Shown one piece after another: positions 48,551 to 61,217 of a stretch of 64,000 bases of DNA. The DNA is taken from contig CM120640.1 of assembly GCA_051362555.1 (NCBI GenBank), positions 61,482,788-61,546,787 on the forward strand. Reading direction: 5' to 3'. Numbering within the stretch: the stretch's first letter is position 1; every line of letters starts with the position of its first letter. Under the pieces are notes generated by a model that searched no databases, was not told the DNA's origin, and worked only from the letters and a program-made list of their open reading frames with translations. The position numbers and the translations under genes were made by a program. This stretch comes from Lingula anatina (taxonomy: Eukaryota; Animalia; Brachiopoda).

Positions 48551-51500
48551 TTTTTCAATAGATTGTAGGTATTGTTATATTCAAAATGTCATTTTAACTG
48601 CTTCTTGCTTTTGAAGTACTAGTACTATCAGATTTTTGTTGGGCTGTAGAGAATCATCTAAGCAAGAATGCAAAGGCTGTATTTCATCTCTTCACAACAT
48701 TTTGAGACTGGCTCCTACAATGACAAAACAGTTTTATGAGAAATTATTTTTATTGGTCCAATTTTAATTAATTTTAATACTTAAACTATTCAATATAAAA
48801 AGGTCCATTCTTTTGGCTTAAAATCATGATAGCATGCCTAAACCAACTAACAAGCTGGTACGTTTTGTCTTAACTTCAACAGCATGTACCTATGATGATC
48901 AATAGAAATCGTGAGAACTAAGAGAGATATGTATCAGAAAAACTTCCACTGAGTATAAATGAACAAAAGTTGTTCCTTGAAAAGAACTCAACAGTCCACT
49001 TACCTCAAAATTGAAAGGCTGAAAATTTATTTGGTCTTCGCAGAAACACACTTTGGATAAAGGAGTAGTTGTATGCAACTGATGGTGGCAATTGTCAGTC
49101 TCTGATATATCTTTCTTCCAGTCTAATGGGTTGTTTTCCCCAGAATGTTCTCCAGACGTCAGGACTGGCAAGTGTTTTCCAAACAGATCAATACATTATC
49201 CACACAATTAGTTTCGAAATTGCAGATTGCTTGTTGAGTGAATACTTCAATTTCTTTGTCAAGTACTTCCCTGTTGAGACTTGTGAGTCAAGGTCTAATT
49301 TTTTTTGTCCATCATTCGTGAAATCTAGTATTGTCAGAAAAGCAAAGTATATTCAGAGGTTTTTTTTCAACATCTAATGTAATGGTATGCAGGGTTGGTG
49401 TATCCACAGTAAATTGTGCTCATTAAGCATTATACATGTATTTGTTGTGTAAGGAATTGCTAAGTCAGCTTGCTAAGTTTAACTGGCTTATAATTAGCCA
49501 CCTCTACTGATATTGCATTATTTGGCTGTTATTCTTAAATAAACTTCACTAATCAGATGATAGAATATCGAAATGTTTAGTGACATTGAATGGGGAAATG
49601 TTTTCATGAGTTAGCCTCATGAATTAATTTTCAGCAGTGGTTCATATGTGGTTTAAAACCTCAGATTTCAGTTTTGAAGTAAAAAGCAATTTACTTAGTA
49701 TCAGTAGATTGTGATTGCTTTGTGAATCTTCAGATTGTAAATACTAAAAATAACACAGCAAAGGTTCATTCTGTTATTAAGAAAGCATATAGTTTTATTT
49801 TGTACTTTGTAATTAATTATATTATACAGTTATTAACTATCTACAGATACCATTCACTTTATGATAACAATAACAAGCTGGTGGATTTCTGGCTGTTACT
49901 TGGCAGAAGTTGTGGTAAAAACAGAGTGACCTTCCTTGTCCTGGCATTATGAACAGGGTCTACAACAGGAACAAAACGTTTGTTTACATTTGCCACTTTG
50001 TATCCCCTTAATGCACAAAAGCAAAAAAATAAAAATGAAGTTTTTTTAAACTTAAAAATACATCTACAGAGAAGTTTTTAAATGCAGCAGACATATTTAT
50101 TGTCTTCTTTAGATATCTTTTTAGACCACTGAAAAATTATCATAAATGTGTTATATAACATTCCAACTCAGTTGAAAAATAACAGGATGCACATGCAAAT
50201 ACACTATCTACTGCAACACTTGTAACCTTGGTCTAGCTACTGCATTCTACCATAACAACAGGAGATGGCCCTTCATATCTTATCTGAACCCTTGGATAAA
50301 TCAATACCATGAAAATAAATTTCCTAATGCTGAAGTTATGTAAAAATTAGGTTTCATCAAAAGAAGTTGATGGTAAATGGAGTCTATTAATATTCACAGC
50401 ATAAAATAAACCCTAGGTAAACATCATCTTAGTTTCAAATAAGCTGTTTCTTAGCAAAGCATCAACTTTTTTCTTAAAGTATTGACATAAACCCATAAAA
50501 GCAATCAAGTTATTGTTTGAAGTGCTTCAGAACACTGCCACAAAGCAACCGCTTCACAAACAATCAGATTATTGAGAAAAACCTAATGGCAAACTCTCTG
50601 GAAATTCATTTTCCACACAATGAACTGGGATGGGCCATAAGACTGAATGCCAGGGTGAAATGCCATCTTTACAAATCTGTTATTAATCTGTTCTAACCTC
50701 TTCTTCTAGAAAAAATAAGATTAAATGTAGAAAAGCTGTGACAATTTGTAATTCTTGATTCTAATATTATAAGAATTAAATATGGAAGACTTGTAAAGCA
50801 CACCTTTTGGTTATCAAACACAAATCCCTTACTGTGTTGAAGAAAACCCTATTCGCAATATCATACTGAAACCAAACTATTGCATTTGTCCATGAATCAA
50901 ATTTAAATACCTGTGATCTTTGATAATTTGAATAATATATTAAATAAACTAACCACATAAAATATATATAAATGAAAGAAAAATCATTTGACCCTTTTTC
51001 TAAAAGCCAGTTTTCATAAATAAGTTAAAATGGCAGATCAAAGTAGTTGTTAACATTACTAGCACTTCTTTCTCTCAAATTGCCTACCAAATGTACAACA
51101 GCACTAGATCACAGATGCAAAATAAATTTGAAGCATTTATAGCACTAAAATGAATAAAATTAAAATGCAAAAAAATATCAATATTTTATTTTTAAACAAA
51201 TATTTTAAGTTATAATTTTATGCTATGCAATCTTAACATTTTTTTATTTAAATTTCTTTAACTATGCATTTCTCTTGGTATCATCTCATCTTTCCTCTAA
51301 ATATTGAATATAATTTGTACATATGTTTCAATTACATCTCTATACAAGTACAGTACAGAATAAAAATCCTGTAAAATTGTCATGATTTTTTACTTTTGCT
51401 ATTTACTTTCAGAAAGATTCATTGTTTACCATTCCAACCTTCAAGTTCCAGGCAAAAAAAAAAAAAAAAAAAAAAAAAGAAAAAAACAAACAAAAACAAA

Positions 51501-51690
51501 AGGCTGTCAACTTTGGTAAAATAATATGACTTTTCTTCTTCAGTTATTAACTTCTCTACAACTGGAAAATGTCAAATAAGTGACGCCTGGCACCTAGATC
51601 ATCACATCACTATCATAAAATACGAGTTGAACAATTATAACAGTTACAGATTTATCTGGTGCAGGATATTAAAATTGCAAAGTACAAAAA

Positions 51691-54600
51691 TCAACCAAAC
51701 AGTTTCACAAAACATGCATGGCAATATGGCTTCTCATTCTGTTCCTTAAAAGTCCCTTTGTTCAGCTGTTTCAGACAAAATGCACATACAAAGTGTTCAG
51801 GGTGAAATTTCTTGTACATGGCAGTGATGCATCTGCCTGTGATTGGTTTCTGGCAGCCAGCACAGAGTGAGCCGCGTTTGGCGTGGTAATGTGTCTCGCA
51901 GTAAGGCATCCCCTCATGGTCAAAGAAACTGCCACCACCAAATGATGCATGGCAATCCTAGAGTTAAAATGAATGGTGCCAATAAAGATTTAAGAATGAA
52001 ACTTAACGAAACTTAACATCCTAACAGCTTAATATCCACTTTTTTTAACAAAATATCATTTCTTATTAATTGTCGATAGCCTTCACATTAATTGCCACAT
52101 ACATTGAATTAAAATTTATTTTAAAACTGACAGCCTAACTAAAAATAAGCATTTTATCAAGATAAATAAATCAACTTGTTCTCAAGCCATTTTTCTTACC
52201 CTGCACACAAAACACTCTGGGTGCCACTGTCTGTTCAGTGCTGAGATGTAGTTGTCCATGATGGGACGGTTACATCCACCACATTTGGGAGCAAACATTT
52301 CGAAGTAGTCTTCTCTGAAATTCCAGTAATATAGACATAAATGGATGGCTACAGACGCTGGATTAATTTCATATCTTGTTTCTTCTATGAATGTTCATAC
52401 TTAATACATTTCATAGGGTCCAATTTTGTTCTTATACCTGTTCTATCTCTCCAATATTCTTGACAGAAATTAAAACTACTGGCACATCCTTCCTATTTTA
52501 GAACAACCTACAATAAACCTACCTGCAGAAAGCTTTTCCATCTTTTTCATGGAAGCCATCTTCATCAAATGGTCGACCACACTGAGCACAAAAGAAGTGT
52601 TCGGGATGCCATGTCCTATCCAAGGCTGTCACACATTTCTGCAAATAGAGAAGATTGTCTTATAATGACCTACACAAACAGATAAATTTTTCAGGGGAAA
52701 AAAAAAATTTTTCTTTGCAAAAATGTTTTCTCCTTTTCTTTTCAATTTTGAAATCAGGATTTCAATAATTAAATGTGACTTTTGCAATCTTTTTTATTCT
52801 TTGAATACAAAAGCTAGCTTTTCCTAAAAAAAGATTCCTGGAAACACTGAATTATGAATGCACCTATCAAATTACATGTTTGCGTCCATTAATGTGGGGG
52901 AAAATTTGCTCATTTGCTTGGAGTTTGCTAAAGGCAGAAGGTGCAGGGGTGAGGAAGAATAGAGAAAGAGATACTTTTGCCTCCTATAACTCATGCCCCC
53001 ATTATTTAACCTGAACTATTAGCTAAACAATCACTTACATCTAGAATGGGACCATTGCAGTATGCACAACGTGGTGAAAACAACTGATGATAGTCTTGTT
53101 CGCAGAAAGGTTGTCCATCTCTCTCAAAGAAGTTCTGTGTTCCCAGCTCCTGATGGCAGTGGGCACACATGAAGTGTTCTGGATGCCAGATCTGACCCAA
53201 AGCTGTGATCACCTGGTACCAAGACAAGAGCAATAATGAACTCAAATACAGGAAAAGTATTTACTTTTCTAGAGACTGGAGCACTGGTTCATGAAAGCAT
53301 ACAGATAGTAATTTACAAATTTAACTGGCACACTGGAATATAATATTTTGCCGTGGATCCTCTAAAATATAATAACTATGTTTTAAGAAATAAGCTAATA
53401 ATTGATAGTTCCACACTAATTAAAAATAATATAAAATAAAGAAAACGGACAAACCTACCTGCCCAACAATTGGTTTATTGCAGGCAGCACAAGACCCCTT
53501 GGTGGAAGTGCTGACTCCCTGGCGATTCATATCACTCTGTAGATTACCCAACATGGCGTCTAACTGACCCCCTGGGCGGGACTGCTGTGGAAGCTGCTGT
53601 GTTATGGTGGGTTGAGCAGCGGAGACAGATTGCTTGGAAGGTTTGTTCGGTTTTGCATATGGCGGCTCTTGAATTGTTTGCTGTGTTGGTACAGGTGGAG
53701 GTCCTCTTGGTGTTGTATTCATCTGAAAAATTCATTTATATTGCGTATCTCAATATTATAAACAGAAAACTACTGGAGGAACACATAGCATGATTATTGA
53801 TAACCTTTCCCTAATATTCACATATTCAAAACATGTTTAAATCCCAGCTAGCTAGTTGCATGATCTTCAAAACTGCATGATCATATTTAAATCTACAAAC
53901 ATCTATCAACAACAACCAAGAAACCCAATTTTAAGAATCCATACTCCCTAAATTGACTGTGAAACCATGTACCTATCCCAAAAAAATCAGTCTCAGATTC
54001 ATTTGATTACAGATGAAACTTCATGAAAACTACTTTCTGACTTATATTTACATATTATGTTCTCATCTGCTCTGGTTTATATGTGTCTTCTGTCTAGTTA
54101 CACTGCTTCCCAGTCTACTACTTGTACACATCTCAGAACTGCATATATACTTTTGACATATGGCCAGGTACTCCTCCACACATTTTTTTTCTAAGAGGCC
54201 CACATTGGGTTTTGTTTTCATAGAATCAGAACAAATTGGTCTATAATCAAAATACTACATGGAATGTTTGAGTGAAACATAAACAGGAATCTTATTGTTT
54301 GTTGTTTCAGGAGGATTTGAAAATGTCAGAATGAGTTAAATGTGGTTGCTTCTTTGTAATATTCACATACTGCTAACTTGCAGCACATTGAATTATTCAT
54401 TTACAACATATATATCTAACTTTAATGTAAATAAATTTTAATATTGTAGATGCATATTGGGCATATTATGAAATGTCAGGTAAATAATCAGCTAAACAAA
54501 TCCTCAATGACATGTAACTTGCTTCCCACCCAACAGAATTATTTTCATCTTCTGTATTGCTTCCTCCAATATCCTCTTTGCTTTAAGCTTCACAGTTAAT

Positions 54601-57600
54601 CAGTAGCAGTATGCTCCCTGCCATCCATTGCCCTTTTGTAATAGGAACACATCAATTACCGCAGTCTGTAACACCTGGCTCTATATTACCTGTACCTACA
54701 TGTTCTTCTATGTATTCTCAAGTACTGAATGTATTAACACAAATTACACTGGTATGTATTTATATGAAAATATGGCCATTATTCAAGATGCTCTGTGTTC
54801 TGCATTCTATTTTGTGCTTCATCTTTTGTTTTAACAGTGCTCATATTCACCTCTGAAGGATTGTGTTCCTCTCAGAAGTTTTCATCCCCTTTAAGTCTGT
54901 AAGCCATATATTCATCAATAATAGCAAACCATGCAATGCTATCCCAGTCAAGCATTTTCAGAGTGTAAGAGTATGTTGTGATATTTCTGTTCAAGAAGTC
55001 CCTCTGTGTGCAAGTGCATGAGACAGAGAGAGAGAGAAAGAGAGAGAATTTTCTTTATAATGAAATTACATTCTGATGATGCATATAAGCAGAGATTCAA
55101 ATCTAACTTAAATTCAAAATTGACAATTTACCTTGAAAGTGGACAGTGATTCCATCAACTCGTCTAATTCTCGCGTTGCTGAAGAAGCTGCTGGTCCGCC
55201 GTCAGTCAGAGTCTCCCCGTTGTTAGTGGGTATTGATCTGGCTGGGTTGTTCACAGTGGTATACGTGCCTTGTTGGGTGTAGGCTTGTTGGTGGGATTGC
55301 TGTGGTGCTGGGGGTCTGTAATAAATAGACACACATACCTAGAATAAATCTAAACCCAACTTTACTTTAGTTTTGTAAAAACATATTTTCATTAATTTTA
55401 CTTACAACTGTGGAAAAAAATCTGTTTGGATAATATGCATCTTGCACTTTCTGATTATATACATCCTGACTTGGCATTCAGTATGTACTCTACATAAACA
55501 TCAACTTTTAAACTTTATAAGGTTAAATACAGGTCCGATGAAGATGATCTACATCAATCTAACACACAGACTGACATATACCATTGGTTTATAGTGTGTT
55601 TCATCATAAGATAAACACACACAAATGTTCATTTTATAACCAAGGGTAAAACTCCTCATTGTGAGCAGCCTTAAACAAATATGACAGAAGCAGCTCCAAA
55701 GTTTCCTAAAAGCAATCTTTCTAAATAGTTTTTTTTCTCAGAATTAATGAATGCTACAACTGAGGCTCTTATCCTGCAAACCACATACCTGGATTTCCAC
55801 ATAAACTTGCAACTCAAAAAAATCCCTCAAATTTACAAGTCCTTGATGCTTAAGGAGATGAAAACTCTAAAAAGGACTTATGTATTGGTACCACTTCTAT
55901 ACACTAGGTTTGTCTGCAGCAGAGCATGCTATCAAAAAGAAAGTCAGCTTCCAGACTGTAGGGCAATTTTTAACATCCTTTGTTTTTAATATCATCAGAA
56001 GATAACCATACATTTGTGGAATGGCTCTTTTATCACCAGACACTGCATGAAAGCAAAACAGTTTCAACAACTACTGTAAAATGTACTAAACATACCAAAT
56101 CTTTAATCTTCAACTTACTGAAGTGACAGATAAACCATGACTACTTATATATCAAAAAGGTAGCTAATACTCAAATACATCTTTTCCAAGTCAAAATTAC
56201 TTGCCAAGACATATTAACTTTCAAGTTTTGTTTCTCCAAGAGACCACAAATATACAAGCGAGCACTCACTGCAGCAGCAAGGCATTCTGTGCTGATAACA
56301 TTTTATCCAAAATGCTTCTGAACCATACATCAAGGAAAGACTAAAAGAAAACACCCTAGCAAGTAGGGGTCTTGAATTTTGAAAAATAATAATACACTAA
56401 CCAAACTTGTCAAAAATTTAATTTTCATATTTAAATGAAAAATATATGAGAAGGCCTTCTACAAAATACTCAAATATGGAACTGTAAGTATTGGGGCTTT
56501 ATTTTATCCAATCAAAATGCATTGACACAAATAGAAAGGCTTTTAAAAAATAATATGTCAGGATAAGGCTGCCTAGGTTATACATACCCCATCATTATAT
56601 AAAATCCTGATTCTACTAGAAATAAGTCAACTTCTTCACTGCTATATCAACAGTAAAATGTTTGTTTCCCATCTGATTTTATTCAATAATAAAACGTTTG
56701 GCCCAAAAAATTTTTAAGAGAAATAACATCTGTACAAAATGAAATCTGAGAAATGGCCATCTATCATATTAAATATTGATTCTCTTTTAGAAAGACTATG
56801 ACTGCTCTTTCTTAACACCTAAAACCAGTGGCATAAAATTTCAGATATTATGTCTGCAACAATTACCCAAAAGACTGGATTTAATTTGTTTAACACATTT
56901 GGATATCACATTCAGACGAATGACTCACTCCTACTTTTAAACAGGAAAACAAAGAAAGCCTGTGTACGTCTGATCAGGCCATCACCAGTTAACACACCAA
57001 TTTTTCTGCCGTTACAAATTTGCCCACACATTAAACACCCTTAGACAATGCCCAAGTTGTGTTTTCACAACCACATATCACCTTATGTTTACTTGACAAA
57101 AGTAAATTGGATATATAAATTGTTTCAAGTGTAGCTGTTGGGTTTCTCTCATTGTGTATTCATAGCACAACCACAGCTACAGTAGTCTCATTACTACCTC
57201 AGTATTGTTAGATTCTGTACTTGGTAGGTATCTATGACTACATGGATACAGCAACATTTCACTAACTATTAAGCATAATGTCCCAACAATAAATTGACTA
57301 CTGAAATCAAATTATTCATTTATTTTATTTCAAAACAATAACAGATTTAAGCCACCATGTATACTACAGGTAGAGCCCAGCAGCAGAGCTTGGTTTCTAT
57401 GACAAAATGGTACCTTTGGGGTTTTATTGAGAACCTCTAGAGTTGTGGTCAGACAAGGGCTATTCAAAGCGCAAGACCACCAGATTTAATGGCCAAGGCC
57501 CCATATCTCGAAAGCATCGAGCATTACGACCGTGCGCAAGTGTCTTGATTCCATAACTCGCCCATACTCGTCCCATATGATACATTGTAGCCTCTATTTG

Positions 57601-59206
57601 ATATAGCGATTCACAATACTCGATGCTTTCAAGATACGGGGCCCAGGAATTTTAAGGTCTGAGGCACAAGTTCTTTTTCAAATATCACCCTCTATACCTT
57701 AGCTTCTTGGATATTGAACTTTTTACTTTTGCTAGATATATCTGCTCTGATGACATGAGAAAAGGGAGCCCATGACCTTGCCTTCATAAGCTCAAGTGTT
57801 CCCACACAGGTTCATTCATCCCTTTTAAATATGCAGGTAAATCAAACTGCCATAACCACATCTGTCAACTACAGATGATTTCAAGACACTGTCCCCTTGG
57901 GCACTTTATACCTACCCCCTGGACACTGTGTTCTGCAGATCATCCAGCAGACTGTCCACTGTGTTCCTGCCTCCATATCCCTCCTGCTGCTGCTGCTGGT
58001 GTTGGTAGGCCACACTGGGAGGCTGCTGGTGGGTGGGAGAGCCCATGGCTGGAGGGTGGTGCAGCCCTCCCATACCACCCTGCATTTCTGAGGAAAGGTA
58101 GGAAAATACAGATATAATGTTCAAATAAGTATAGTGCTAAATCATATAAAAGTTCAACCAAATATGCACTTTTTTAATGAGGAAGGCTACACCATCAGGA
58201 AATAAATTTAAAAAATGAGGATAATGAAAAATAGATTTTATGAAGGTAACAGAAAAATAGAATTTACGAAGGTATCAGAAAAATATATTTTAAAAGGTAT
58301 TTTGAGCATTCCTGGAGATGTCTTACTAAACACTCATCAGATCCTAGGGTGAAATCAAACACTGTAAGATTTATAGTAATTTTTAGTTTCAGATTATATC
58401 ACTTCAGGACAATGGTGCAAGGAATGTTTATCATGTCTACAATTGACAATATTGGTCATACAGTCACTGCAGGTGAAAATAAGGTAAAAATTGTGAAAGA
58501 AAACTACTTCCTAGTAACAAATAAATCAACATCATCTGTGATTATACCCACAGGGAGGGTCTCACAGAGGCAAAGGACCAACTTTGTCCCAGACCTTTAA
58601 AAAATGCCCACATGTGCCCCTGGCAATAGTACTTATATCTGATGATATCATTCTTGCAATACAACCTTAGCTTCCCGTGGGAATTGGTTGTAAGAGTAAT
58701 AGGGTGTGCCAGGGTTGGTGCTTCACACACATCTAACGCCAGTGCACAAGGCTGACAATTAAAGCCTACAAAAACACAATGTATTGTACCAGCTGCATGC
58801 TGGCATTGCTTTTTCCACTGAAGTATAAAAAGTTTGGTTTGATTTGATCACAGGAACCTTGTAAATAAAACAGCAAAGAGCATTCTGAATTTCGTGATGA
58901 AAATGGTGCCCTCACGACCAGCAAACAAGGCCATTAAATCAATGTCCTAAAGACAATGGAGGACTCAAAACAACAACATCACAGGATTAGGTGGATGCAA
59001 CAGGTTAAAAGTCAGAGCTGTAAAAAAGTGAAACTGTTTGTGTTTCTTTTAATTTTAGTTACATCCTGTAATGTCAGCCACAATGGAGCAGCAGGTGCCA
59101 AGGGTGGGGAACGTTACATGACAATCAATCCGAGATGAGATGGTGGAAACCAAGTATTACATGACTCCAGACCTGTGTGAAGTCTTAATGTAATTTCAAT
59201 GTGTTA

Positions 59207-59250
<44 letters not shown>

Positions 59251-61217
59251 ATCAAGTTTCACAAAGTAGCAATGAACATTAGGGCATATTTTCTTAACAG
59301 TTCCAAAAGAATGATTTGAAAATAACATTTTCCCTTGCAATTTGCAGGGCAGGGTTTCCAGTGGCTTTGGTCTTTATTTATTATTATTTTTTATGGAGAA
59401 GGGAAGGAAAAATCATTCTGACTGACATCTAACTCAAGAAGTATGTAGGTCATTTCTAATAGAAAATGAGGTCATTTTCCCTTAAAGTAATTAAAGGATG
59501 CATTTAAGGATTGACTTTATAAATGTTAGCTGTAGATTTGTTGATTTCTAAACAACCTACAATCAATTTTTCGCATTTCTCTGAAGAAAAAAAAGAGATT
59601 TTTCATATAAATATCCATTTTAATCTATAAATTTTCTTTCTTTTGATGAAAATTATCTGATTAATAGTTTCAATTCCTAGTAAACTCTGGGGACACCAAA
59701 GGTGGTCTTTTCTCACACCATTTAGGTTTAATTTTCTTAACCCTTGTATATTTATTGACTAGAAGATGAAACCCAGCTGTTTATATAAAAATAGTGCATT
59801 GTATCTTGTGGTTGTATCTGTGGTTGTAGCTGCAGAAGCCCAGCAAGGTGCTCCCTCTATCCCACTCCCAACACCCACACCACAAACCACAGTAGACTTA
59901 ACAGCTTACCAAACACTTACTGGGACATACTTCTGGATGACAGAACTTCAGACAAATTTATTTCTTGACTTAAATAATGCTACTGAGTTTGTAACATATA
60001 TGTGCTATTTGCATTCTTAAACTCCTCTTTTGAGACATAAACTATGTGATTGCTTCGATAATTTCATATGTAATGCATGGCACAACAATCAAATGAAAAG
60101 AGAAAGAGTAAAAGAATAATGAATAGGTAACAACCCAGACTGATAGTTGATTAATTGTGATATTGGAGCAGTGTCATGATGAAAGGAGACTTAGCCTCTA
60201 TATCAATACCATGAATGTGCATGATGGTTTGCATAGATCTGATTTTCAAAATGTTTTTATGTAATAATAATTAAAGAACAAACATAACTAATTAAGCAGG
60301 ATCCTTTTACAGTGTACACTTTAGTCCTGTTCCCAGGAATGAGGGCATCAAACACAAATTAGTCAGCAATGCTGAAAAAAAAACAGATTCCAAACAGACA
60401 GAAAAAATAACTAAATAAATAAAAAGCTTTTGAAAAAAGTATCCAATCCTGTTGATATTAAAAGGAGCCTGCCTTACTAAAATATAAAGCCACTGCAAAT
60501 TATAAGTAAAACAAAAAATGGTTTAGGCTTATAGGACAAACACTATCAAAATACAAGCCAAAAAATGCAAAAAAGCCAATAACATTCATAAAAATAATTC
60601 AACCAAGCTGCCTTATCAACATCCACTGCCATCCAACAAAGCTGAAGTAACAAATATGGTTTGGCACTGACTTGATCAACTTTGCCAAAATACATGCAAA
60701 AAAAAAAAAAAAAAAAAAAAACTTTTTTGTAAAAATAATCTGGTCATGCCAATTTTCAAAAAAGAACCCTTATTTTCAAGCAAACAATTCTACAGCATCT
60801 GTATATAAAAATTATTTTAGAGAAAATATTAAACAGTAGTATAGGTGCACACAGGCAAATGCATGATTTTTATATCCATAAACAAAAAAACGTTTAGGGA
60901 TCTGCCTTTGTTCACACTTCCTAGTTCTCATAAAGAAACAACGTTAATGCAGTCATGAACTAAGATGGCCACAAAAGCTGTATATAACCCCCCATACCTG
61001 CATTCCTCCTGTCCACCTCAGCCATGAACTGTGCAGAGTTCAGGCCCTGGAGTAGGTAGTCCAGCTCTGACAAGTTGTTGCTCAGGCTTGACTTGCCCCC
61101 CTGGGCTGGAGGTGGTGGGTGTGGCTTGGGTGGAGGTGGGGGACCCCCAGAGGTCATTGTCTGCCCAGTCTGGGTCACTGTGGTCTGGTGCCGAATCATT
61201 TGTGGTTCGTAGAGTGG
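51691..61217 (-). CDS. PXN: Paxillin (5'-incomplete); coding exons 61217-60998, 58087-57916, 55315-55132, 53722-53459, 53212-53039, 52638-52523, 52314-52200, 51957-51691
   Basis: LD motifs [28 protein letters not shown] and QLDAMLGNL, followed by four LIM domains ending [13 protein letters not shown]. All introns are GT-AG with consistent phases. Confidence 0.93.
57497..57643. mobile_element. Small MITE in a paxillin intron
   Basis: GGCCCCATATCTCGAAAGCATCGAGCATT is mirrored by AATACTCGATGCTTTCAAGATACGGGGCC. Confidence 0.65.

Noticed and set aside
54480-54960. Possible extra paxillin exon
   Set aside because: All three minus-strand frames hit stops soon after the candidate acceptor.
58542-58594. 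Possible alternative paxillin exon [17 protein letters not shown]
   Set aside because: As a cassette it is 47 nt and shifts frame, and nothing in the sequence supports it as a terminal exon.
59211-59249. Long A/T homopolymers (also about 7615-7648, 51454-51478, 60698-60721) as retrocopy tails
   Set aside because: I saw no adjacent recognisable SINE, LINE or processed-gene body and no TSD.
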